A stretch of 64,000 bases of DNA. Origin: Octopus sinensis. Taxonomy: Eukaryota. The stretch is from assembly GCF_006345805.1 (NCBI RefSeq), contig NC_042997.1, forward strand, positions 130,200,001 through 130,264,000, in the 5' to 3' direction. Numbering within the stretch: the first letter of the stretch is position 1; every line of letters begins with the position of its first letter. Below are positions 36,092 through 46,959 of the stretch, piece after piece. Position numbers and translations under genes: made by a program. The notes under the pieces were generated by a model. The model made no database searches and was not told the origin of the DNA. It saw only the letters and a program-made list of their open reading frames with translations.

Positions 36092-37489
36092 CCTTTAGTT
36101 TTTAATTTTTGTTTTGCTTCTTGGTTTATTTTGTTTTCTTTCATTCTGTTATTGAGAAAAACCGGTTCCTGAAAGACAACCATGGCCTACTGAGTGAAAC
36201 AGTTAAAAGAATAGCTGCTATTGTTTTGTGACCCAGGTCAAACAATTGTGTTGTTGTCACAAATGTAATTTAAGATCTGCTAAGCATTACAAACAATGTT
36301 ACTTGCAAGATACACTCCTTTCCATTCTGTTACTTATTTAACCCAATTTGTTTCACCTTTTAGCATTTTTAGGGGAAAGGTGTTGTTGATTACATTGGCC
36401 ATGGTACTCGACTGGTACTTTATTTTCTTAACCCCAAAAGGATGAAAGGCGACATTGACTTTGGCAGTACTTGAACTGATAATGTAAAAACCCAGAAGTT
36501 ATGCCATTATGCATTTTGTCTGGCTCAGTAGTGATTCTACCAGCTTTCTTCCTTTATGCATGAAGAGAGGAGATGTCATCACCAAACCCTTGCAGGGTTC
36601 AGGGTCACTTTCAGTGCCCTCAGTGTCACGGGATCTGCCTTTCTTGTATCGGTTTTGTCAGTTACATCTGCTCCCATGTGCTGGAAGGAGAGGAAGATGA
36701 ATGTCTTGGATTGACACTGTCATCACTTTTGATGAGCTGTCATAAGTAAGTAAAATTAAATGGATAGATCAAGAAGAAATTTTTCTCTACATTGTGGTCA
36801 GTATTTGGCTGTATTGTGTACTCTGTGATAGTCACTAACAGCTACTGTATCCACTGTTTCTATCAAGCCTGTATATGGTCACTTGACCTGCTAGAAATAA
36901 TAGCTAAATCTTTTCAATAGATCACAGCCTTACTGTCTTAAAAGAGGAAGAACATACAAAATAATGTAGTTCTTGAAATACCAAATGAAAAATATGGGAA
37001 GGTCGCAGCTAGAATATCTTTGATCACAGTTTAGCTGGATCAAAGTTGACTTGGTTTACATAACATCATTATAACTAGTAATAACTACTTATCATCAATT
37101 CTATTATAATTACCAATAACTACTATTATCACCAAAAATTACTATAAACACCAATAACTATTATAACCATGAATATTTATATCTTCTGCGATCACTAATA
37201 TTTTTATAAGTCAGAAGTGAAGGAAGAGGGTCTGTGGTTATGACCATTGCAGGTCATCCCAGACTGGTGAGAGTGAGAGTAAGGTAGGCTTAAATGGAGA
37301 GTACCTACAGTGAGCCAGCACAGAGGACCAAAAGCTGTTGTAGTAAAGACAGAAGAGGTAAGAAAAAGAAACATCACAACTGTGAGTTAGTGGTTGCAGG
37401 GTTTTGTGAGTGAAACTTTGCCAGTCTGTCAAATTACATGAATTTTGGATGTTGTTGCTTGTTTGTGTGTTTAGCTATAGCATTTATTT

Positions 37490-37895
37490 CTTTATTGCCC
37501 ACAGGGGTCTAAACATAGAGGGGACAAGCAAGGACAGACAAAGGGATTAAGTTGATGACATCGACCCCAGTACATAACAGGTACTTATTTAATCGACACC
37601 GAAAGGATGAAAGGCAAAGTCAACCTTGGCAGAATTTAAACTCAGAACATAATGGCAGACGAAATACCTATTTCTTTACTACCCATAAGGGGCTAAACAC
37701 AGAGAGGACAAACAAGGAAAGACACATGGATTAAGTCGATTATATCAACCCCCCGTGTGTAACTGGTACTTAATTTATCGACCCCGAAAGGATGAAAGGC
37801 AAAGTCGACCTCGGCGGAATTTGAACTCAGAACATAACGGCAGACGAAATACGGCTACGCATTTCGCCCGGCGTGCTAACGTTTCTGCCAGCTCG
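37490..37895 (-). mobile_element. tRNA-derived SINE, family A, with duplicated body
   Basis: Reverse complement of the head GGCGAGCTGGCAGAAACGTTAGCACGCCGGGCGAAATG at about 37860-37895, plus two body units. Confidence 0.85.
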
Positions 37896-38099
37896 CCGTG
37901 TTTAGCTATAGCATTGTTCCATACATGTGAGCAGTACTCCAATGTAGGTCTTGAACATTGTTGAGAGTTAACAACTGATCAGAACTGGAGTATTGGTGGA
38001 GACCCTAAAGAGAAGGTCCCTTTTTTGCAATACGGTTTTAGTGTACAATGCACTATGATCATCAAATAACTAACATGGCTAACAATAATAAATATTGGC

Positions 38100-38407
38100 A
38101 ATCCATTGGTTATGATAATGAGGGTTCCATTTGATCCGATCAGTGGAACAGCCTGCTCATGAAATTAACATGTTAATGGCCTGAGCACTCCACAGACACG
38201 CATACCCTTAACATAGTTCTCAGGGAGATTCAGCATGGCACACTGTGACAAGGCTGAATGTGACAGGTACTACACATTTTTGCCAGCTGAGTAGACTGGA
38301 GCAACATGAAAAATAAAATGTCTTGCTCAAGGATACGAGCTGCCAGGTATTGAACTCACAATCTTATGATTGTGAGCTGAATACCCTAACCACTGAGCCA
38401 TGTGCCT
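38100..38407 (-). mobile_element. tRNA-derived SINE, family C
   Basis: On the minus strand, GGCACATGGCTCAGTGGTTAGG (A box) ... GAGTTCAATACC (B box), then CCTTGAGCAAGACA and GTTGCTCCAG...CAGCTGGCAAAAATG. A related + copy lies at about 35095-35290 and 35705-35790. Confidence 0.8.
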
Positions 38408-38469
38408 TCACATGATAAATATTAGCCATTAAAGATTCCTATAAATATCTTAAGTGTTATATTAGTATG

Positions 38470-38985
38470 AATGTATGGTTGTGTGGTTAAGGAGCTTACT
38501 TCTCACCTGTCTGGTCTTGGGTTCAGTCCCACTGTGTGGAACCTTTGGTAAGTGTCTTCTAGGATAGACCCAAGCTGACCAAAGTTGGTAAGTGGATTTT
38601 TTTAGATGGAAACTGAAAGGATGAAAGTATGTGTGTGTGTGTATTATCTGTGCGTATATATATATATATATGTACATACATATATATGTGTGTGTAGATA
38701 GAGAGGTAGATATATATTTGTGTGTTTGTGTATACTCTTGTCTAGACGTCACATGATGGTGATAAATTAGCATCATCGCCACCCAGGAAATATTGTTCAT
38801 TTACCAGTCTTCCATGAAAAGCATATCTGGCTACAGGAAAATGTTACCTTGGTAACAAGTGAAGGTTGGTAATTGGAAAAGCATCCAGCCATAGAAAATC
38901 TATCTCAACAAATTCTGTTTGACCCTGGAAAGCATGACTAAGTGAACATTAAGTGGTGGCAGTGGCGGTGGTGGTGGTAATGATG
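38470..38985 (+). mobile_element. SINE with tRNA-like head and RTE-like 3' tail
   Basis: Family-B-like head and core at 38470-38640, a microsatellite, then a 3' end GCATCCAGCCATAGAAA...GCATGACTAAGTGAACATTAAG + (GGT/GAT)n resembling the RTE terminus. Confidence 0.6.
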
Positions 38986-39639
38986 ATTGTTGCCTATAAC
39001 TACTATGATTAAATATGAGATTATGGGCATCACCATCTGAGAAAAAATGTGTTGTTACCAGTGGCAGCTTGTAGATAAAATTAGTAGGGGTGCTGCTTCA
39101 GAAAATTTAATATTGTGCAAAAGGAAACAAGCATATAGAAAGAAAATTTATACATAAACTTGATCGGTAGGCGTTTTAGCCACTGCCAAGTAGTGTGTTT
39201 AATTTGTTCACTGAACACTGCCACGAATTCCCCCTTGTTTTTCAAAAATCCCCCCTAAATAACAAAATGAGGTGAGGAAATGTACCCTACTTTTCAAATC
39301 CTGGCAGCAACACTGAAGCTGGAAGCAGGATAATAATCTAATTCTACATGTTATCACATTCAAGAATATAAACATGTTTTTAAGCACAACACATGCGGAG
39401 TCAAAAAGAAACACTACCTTTCACCTGGCACTGTCATTCACACAGTGCTCTCTCTCCCTAGTGTGAAGCTTCTTATCTCAGACGTAAGCATGCACACAAC
39501 AACCAAACACCGTGTTGCTGGAACTATGAAGCACACATTTCTAGACAAGGAGTTTTGTATTTTTTCATAGGCTAGAGGATGGCTACTGACATTTAGCTTA
39601 AGAATTATATAATGTATAAATATAAAGAAAGAATTAAAC

Positions 39640-40221
39640 TCTGCTTGCGAAGACCTGTTGAGGCAAGTGAAATCAAAATCAATTTGATGACTGGCATCCA
39701 TGCTAGCAGGGTGCAAAGAGCACCATACGAGTTTGATCATTGACAGAGCGGCTAACCGGCTTCCATGCCAGTGGCACTTAAAAGGCACTATTTGAGCGGG
39801 ATCGTTACCAGTGTCGCCTCACTGGCACTCAAACCCCATACTAGTAGGGTATTAAAAGCACCATCCGAGTGTGATCATTGCCAGAGTGGCTATCTGGCCT
39901 CCATGCTGGTGGCACGTAAAAGGCACCATTCGAGTGTGATCGTTACCAGCATCGCCTTACTGGCACCTGTGCCAGTGGCATGTGTAAAAGATTTGAGCGA
40001 GGTCATTGCCAGTACCGCCTGACTGACCCTGTGCCGGTGGCACGTAAAAGCACCCACTACACTCTCGGAGTGGTTGGCGTTAGGAAGGGCATCCAGCTGT
40101 AGAAACTCTGCCAGATCAAGATTGGAGCCTGGTGCAGCCATCTGGTTTGCCAGCCCTCAGTCAAATCGTCCAACCCATGCTAGCATGGAAAGCGGACGTT
40201 AAACAATGATGATGATGATGA
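39640..40221 (+). mobile_element. 5'-truncated RTE 3' UTR with degenerate array and (GAT)n tail
   Basis: GAAGACCTGTTGAGGCAAGTG...TGCCAGTGGCAC repeats...CATGCTAGCATGGAAAGCGGACGTTAAAC + GAT repeats. Further copies lie at 46441-46940, 56185-56790, 57070-57313, 59035-59282 and 60300-60492. Confidence 0.85.
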
Positions 40222-40664
40222 ATTAAAGAAATAAAGGACACATTATGTTGAATGTTATTGGTAATATTGAGTGGAAATAGGGAATGCTGCAGTTCTGCAG
40301 TTCCTATGCATGAGACGCCACATAGACATGTAATGAATGTATTCCTATTGTATTGACTTTCCCATGCTAATGTTATTTTTCACATGTTGAATAAGTCTTA
40401 TATAGCCTGTTAAGTAGAAATGAGTCGTGAATTTATTATGCAAATGAAATCTTAAAATGTCTTTTTACTAAAAGGGGAAAAAAAGAAACATTACAAACAT
40501 TTGCTTCTAAATAAAATATTTATACTTCTTTGCTTGAATAGTTTCTGGTGTGTGGAGAAGGAGGACGGGAAGAGGTTTTGTCTCAAATGTTTTGCTGACT
40601 TTTAATGTTTCTATTGTTCTTTTCCTTTTTCCTGCCCTCTTTTCATTTTGTTTCTGTATCTGTC

Positions 40665-40719
<55 letters not shown>

Positions 40720-40802
40720 TTCTCTTTATATGTTTGAACATATTTCTGTGTGTATATGATGAGAAAGCAAGTGTTTGTCAATTGCATTCAACTATTTAAT
40801 TG

Positions 40803-40804
<2 letters not shown>

Positions 40805-40842
<38 letters not shown>

Positions 40843-40980
40843 CTCTCCTCTCTCTCTCATCTCTCTCTTCGCTCTCCTCTCTCTCTCTCTCTCCTCTCTC
40901 CTCTCTCTCTCTCTCCAGCTCTCTCTCTCTCTCTCTCCGGCTCTCTCTCCTCTCTCCTCTCTCTCTCTCTCTCTCTCTCC
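40805..40980. repeat. Interrupted (CT)n polypyrimidine tract
   Basis: Direct reading. It generates the SL- and RE-repeat pseudo-ORFs at 40750-41169. Confidence 0.95.
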
Positions 40981-41416
40981 TCTGTTTGTCTGTCTGTGTA
41001 TATTTCTGCACATGTGTCTGTGTGTGTATTTACTTCCATTGTCACAAAATACTGTTACTCAAACAGGTTCAATGTCCAGTCATCCAGGCCAAATCACCAG
41101 CACCAAAACAGCCATGTCCAATCATCTCATTTCAGTTTCTGGGTCATTCAAGTAAACAAACATAACTAAATCTGAAGAATATTAGGGAAAAATGACATTT
41201 ACCATAAATCACAGAATGTAGACTGCATAGTACAAGTAACAATAGTTTTGGAATATTTTAGATCAAAGAGTAGAAGTTTGGATAGGACAGAAAACAGTTT
41301 TTGAGGTTTCAGAATAAAAATTGAGGCCAGTTTTATTTAAATAGGAAAGAATCAAGGAGCAGGTAGCTTACCAATCAATATTCCCCCCCCCCCCCAAGAG
41401 AATGGGAGGCATGAAA

Positions 41417-41806
41417 TCTATATATATAAAGCTGAAGTTGTCTGTGTGTGGCAGGTTTGGTAGCCTTCAACTAACACTATCTCCTCCGAGACCCTGCGGT
41501 GCTAGTTGACCAAAATTGAGAGTATGATAGAAGAAGGCTTGCTCTTCATTCCGTAGAAGATAAAATTCAAATTGGACCATGTTAAGACCAACAATTATTT
41601 ACATAAAAAAGGTGCTTTTTTCTATGAAAATCCCTATTTTTTATGATTTTTTGACTGCTGTGTCGCCATTTTTTTGGTGTATTTCAACCAGAAAAATGTT
41701 CACTTAAAGAGAATAACAAGTTACATAATGCAAAATTTTTACTTTTCAAAAATTCCAATTCTAAAGGGTCGAAACAAACTCGAAAAACGCCGGGCGATAC
41801 TGCTAG
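41417..41806 (+). mobile_element. Non-autonomous Helitron (390 bp)
   Basis: 5' end TCTATATATATAAAG. 3' end has a decayed hairpin (CTCGAAAAACGCCGGG) followed by CTAG. Inserted between A (41416) and T (41807) with no TSD. Confidence 0.8.
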
Positions 41807-42106
41807 TACTTGATATAAGCTGTGGAGGAATGAACATGTCGTGCACAAGCCCAACTTTGGGCACCCTCAACGGATTTCCCTTGGTGAGGTAGCAATTGGT
41901 TTTCAGTCACGTGGTGAACCAAAGGAGAAGATAGAAAGTCTTATATAGCCTGTATATAAGTAGAAATGAGCCGTGAATTTATTAGGTAAATGAAATCTGT
42001 ATTTTTTCATAAGCTAGGGGATGGCTACTGACATTTAGCTTAAGAATTATATAATGTATAAATATAAAGCATGAACAACAGATGTTAAACGATGATGATT
42101 ATGATG

Positions 42107-42247
42107 ATGATTTATATGTATATATATCACTACCTGACTGCTGAATCACTACCTCATTGCAAAAGCCCTACCACAACTGGAGAAGAAATTATTGCTGAAT
42201 CACTACCTTATTGCTAAAAGTAATCCCTCTCTTCTTCCTTTGTGTGT

Positions 42248-42283
<36 letters not shown>

Positions 42284-42376
42284 CACACAAAGGAAGAGAG
42301 AGGGATTACTTTTAGCAATAAGGTAGTGATTCAGCAATAATTTCTTCTGCTAGCTTGGAAGGCGGACATTAAATGA

Positions 42377-42418
<42 letters not shown>

Positions 42419-42700
42419 TATATTGGACACACAAACGAAGAGAGAGGGATTACTTTTAGCAATAAGGTAGTGATTCAGCAATAATTTCTTCTCCAGTTGT
42501 GGTAGGGCTTTTGCAATGAGGTAGTGATTCAGCAATAATTTCTTCTCCAGTTGTGGTAGGGCTTTTGCAATGAGGTAGTGATTCAGCAGTAAGGTAGTGA
42601 TATATATACATATAAATCATATATACATATAAATCCTCCTACTATATATATATATATCATCATCATCATCATCATCATTTAATGTCCGCCCACCAAGCTA
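42107..42700. repeat. Nested inverted-repeat complex centred on (TA)n
   Basis: 42180-42250 is inverted at 42280-42348. 42107-42250 is inverted at 42424-42620, with an internal tandem duplication of about 55 bp. An RTE tail snippet at 42349-42380 is inverted at about 42668-42702. Confidence 0.85.
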
Positions 42701-42887
42701 GCATGGGTGGGATAGTTTCACAAGAGCCAGCTAGGCCGAAGCCTGCACCAGACTTCTTTGACTGTTTACAGCTGGATGCCCTTCCTAACACCAACAACCC
42801 AGCAGAGTGGTCTTAGTGCTTTTTTTATGACACAAACACAGGCAAAGTGAATGCATAAATATATACATATTTTATATATGTATGTAT

Positions 42888-42918
<31 letters not shown>

Positions 42919-43179
42919 TTTAATTTAATTCTATGTATTTATGCATCTGATGATTGCTCTGCATTTGAATTGATGTAATGGTTGCATTGTTCAATTAAAT
43001 AGAGTTGCTTGAAACAATCATACTGCATTACCTCTGGATATCCTGTTGCTAATTTGATTTTACACACATACACACACATGTATATATCACTACCTTATTA
43101 CTGAATCACTACCTTATTGCTGAAAGTAATCTCTCTCACCCAGTGTGTGTCCTATTTATATATATATATATATATATAT

Positions 43180-46100
43180 CATGCTACTCAATTACAACAA
43201 CAGCTGTACTCCATACAGATGACTCAGCAAAACCAAGCAACATTGATACAAAGGCTGACACCTGGACTTACAGGGCACATACAACAAATACAGACAGCCC
43301 AGCAGACCGAATATCCAGTCAGCACAGTCCCAGCAACTACAACAGTCTTGCCAACAATAGGGCAGATGTATCCGGTACAACAAGCATAATAACAGCAAAT
43401 ATCCAGGGTCTTTATCCGAAAACAAAACAGTGTAAAGTCCCTTTCTTGGAAGAATTAGCAGCAGAAAACAACTCCAAAATAATTGGAATTACTGAAAGTC
43501 ATCTCAACGAAAACATCCGCAACAACGAAATCACAATCAATAGATTCAACATCTTCAGATGTGATAGACAAGGCAGATCCCATGGGGGCGTTATCATGTA
43601 TATCCATGATACCTATGCATGCATAGAACTTGTCAATGAATCAAATGCCTACTGCAACCTGCTGTGCATAAAAATCATCCAACTTAATACAGTTGTAACA
43701 ATAATGTACAGACTGCCAAACAGCCCAACATTATCCTTCACTGAGCCACTGACAAAGCTCCAACAAATTCTGGGAAACATGGCGAGTCCAATGCCAGACA
43801 TTATCCTCCTTGGTGACTTCAACTTCCCTAACATCATCTGGCCACATGGACACATACTAAAACTGGGGACAAAAGCTGAACAAATACAGGCAGCCAAACT
43901 GTTGGAAGTCACAGAGAAATTATACCTCAAACAAATGATGACAGAAGCAACAAGAAATAATAATACGATCGACTTGGTTTTCACCAACACGAGAACACGC
44001 TATTTGACCTTCACTCAACCCCAACAATCCTTTCAGACCACAATATTATTGAAATGCATTTACACATTGGTAATGAGCCCAATGCCACAACTCTTAAACA
44101 AAAGGATATGCCAAGCTATGCAGGTATGATTATCACCAGGCAAATTGGGAAACTATTAACAACCAGTTACAAATCATTGACTGGGATCTCTACCTTACTG
44201 GGCCAGATAAACACAAGAAATTCTTAAACAAGATCGAAGAAATATGTGCAAAAAATATTCCTCTTAAGAAAACCAAATCCACAAAAAAACCTGTACCACG
44301 GGAGCGAAAGATCCTGATGCGCAAAAGGTCAAGACTAAGAAACAAAACATCTATGCTGACATCAAAACATGAATTACTGAAAGTCCTGGACCAAATAGAC
44401 AGATTAGAAGACAATCTAAAACAACACTATGATGAAGAACGTAACAATGCAGAAAAGAGAGCCATAGAAAACATCAAGAAAAATCCAAAATGTTTCTACA
44501 GTTTTGCAAAGAAATACTCGAATACCAAGTCAACAATAGGACCTCTCCAGAGACAAAATGGGGATGTAGTGAATAACCCTATTGAAATTGCAGAAATGTT
44601 GGGTCAACAATATGAAAGTGTCTTCAGTGAGCCATCTAAAACCATGAAGATCCATGACCCAGGAAAATTCTTCAAGGATATCGACCATACTAAACCTACC
44701 CTATCCGACATTGATTTCAACCCAGAAGACATAGAAAGAGCCATAGACAAGCTCTCTATGCACTCGGCTGCGGGGCCTGACGGTTTCAATGCCATGATAC
44801 TTAAAAACTGCAAGGTACAATTGTTGAAACCCCTTTACATGATATGGAGGGAATCTATGGAGAATGGCAAAATACCAAATACATATAAAGAAGCACACAT
44901 AACTCCAATACATAAAGGGGACAGCAAATCAAAACCAAAGAGCTACCAACCAATCTCACTGACATCACACATTATCAAGGTCTTCGAAAGAATAGTTCGT
45001 GGAAAACTGGTTGAGTTCCTGGAATCCAACAATCTGATGAATTGCAACCAGCATGGATTCAGGTTAGGTAGATCATGTCTTTTCCAACTACTGGCACACC
45101 ATGACCAAATCCTAGAAAATCTAGAGAATGGATACAACACAGATGTTATTTACCTCGACTTTGCCAAGGCATTTGACAAGGTAGATCATGGCATCCTGGG
45201 TCACAAACTTCGAAAGCTAGGAGTAGGAGGAAAAGTTGGTACATGGATACATGAGTTCCTTACAAATAGAACTCAAACAGTCACTGTGAATGGAACCCAT
45301 TCAACACCATCACCTGTGACCAGCAGTGTTCCTCAGGGTACAGTACTCGGCCCAATCCTGTTTCTCATCCTCATCTCTGACATAGATGAAGATACAACCA
45401 GCAACATCTCATCCTTTGCTGATGACACCAGGGTCATGAGACAAACCAAAGACGAGGTGGATACAGAGGCCTCACAAAAGGACCTGACCACCATATATAA
45501 ATGGCAGGAAACAAACAACATGTTGTTCAATGATAAGAAGTTTGAACTAATTCGCTATGGAACAGATCAAGATCTGAAAAATACAACAAACTACGGAAAC
45601 CCATCAGGACAACAAATAATGGAAAAACAGTATGTGAAAGATTTAGGCATCCACATGGGAACCAGCCTAAAATTCAGAGAACACCTTGACTCAGTCTGTC
45701 TTACTGCAAGAAAGTACAGCGGGTGGATCTTGTGCACCTTCAAATCAAGAGATACCTCAACAATGAAAACCCTCTGGAACAGTATGATACTTCCGATGAT
45801 TGACTACTGTTCTCAGTTGTGGTCACCAACAACAAAGGGCCAACTATCTAAGATGGAATCGCTCCAAAGAAATTTTACTTCATACTTCTCAGAAACGAGG
45901 GACCTGGACTATTGGCAAAGACTCAAAACCTTGAAGATGTACTCAATAAAAAGAAGATTTGAGCGATACCGAATTATATACATTTGGAAAATGATAGAGC
46001 AAAAGGTGCCAAACTTTGGTATCAAAACCTACCACTCACTGCGCCACGGAAGACGCTGCCAGCTACCACCAATCAACAAAAAGGCTGGCCAGGCAGCAAA

Positions 46101-46409
46101 AACCCTGCGAGAGTCAAGTCTGTTGGTTCGAGGAGCACAACTATTCAACTCCATTCCGGTACATGTCAGAAATCTATCAGGATGCAGTGTGGAATCATTC
46201 AAATTGCAGCTGGATAGATACTTAAGCACCATTAGAGATGAACCCCATCTCCCAGGATATACATAACGAGCACAAACTGACTCAAACTCGCTCCTACACA
46301 TGTCAAAGTTAAACAGAGAATACAACCTGGCAACCACACCAGACTCTGAGGGTGGAGTCTTCGACTTTGCCTGAGCATGGACTCAAACTCAAATGAAATG
46401 AAATGAAAT

Positions 46410-46410
<1 letters not shown>
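43180..46410 (+). mobile_element. CR1/L2-group LINE (ORF1 tail + frameshifted APE + open 649-aa RT frame)
   Basis: APE motifs TANIQGL, GITESHL, GGVIMY and LGDFN; the SDH motif lies after a frameshift near 43990. RT ORF 44317-46266 has QHGFR, YLDFAKAFD, VPQGTVLGP and FADDT. Tail is (AAATG)n into (TA)n. Confidence 0.93.
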
Positions 46411-46440
<30 letters not shown>

Positions 46441-46959
46441 CAGAAATGGATCAGAAATTGAAATCGATCAATGGAAATTGCAGATGTGTTACCAGTGCCG
46501 GTGGCATGTCGAAACCCTACTTGTGAAGACCCGTTGAGGCAAGTGAGGATCAGAATGGAAATCGATCAATGGAAATTGCAGATGTGTTACCAGTGCCGGT
46601 GGCATGTAAGAGAACCTTCCGTTTCGCGACCGTTGCCAGCACCGCCCCGTTTCGTGTCCGTTGCCAGCCTCGCCTGGCCCTTGTGCTGGTGGCACATAAA
46701 AAGCACCATCCGTTTGTGGCCGTTTGCCAGCTCTGTCTGGCACCTGTGCGGGTGGCACGTAAAAAGCACCCACTACACTCACGGAGTGGTTGGCGTTAGG
46801 AAGGGCATCCAGCCGTAGAAACACTGCCAGATTTGACTGGGCCTGATGAAGCCTTCTGGCTTCACAGACCCCAGTAGAACCGTCCAACCCATGCTAGCAT
46901 GGAAAACGGACGCTAAACGACGATGATGATGATGATGATGATATATATATATATATATA

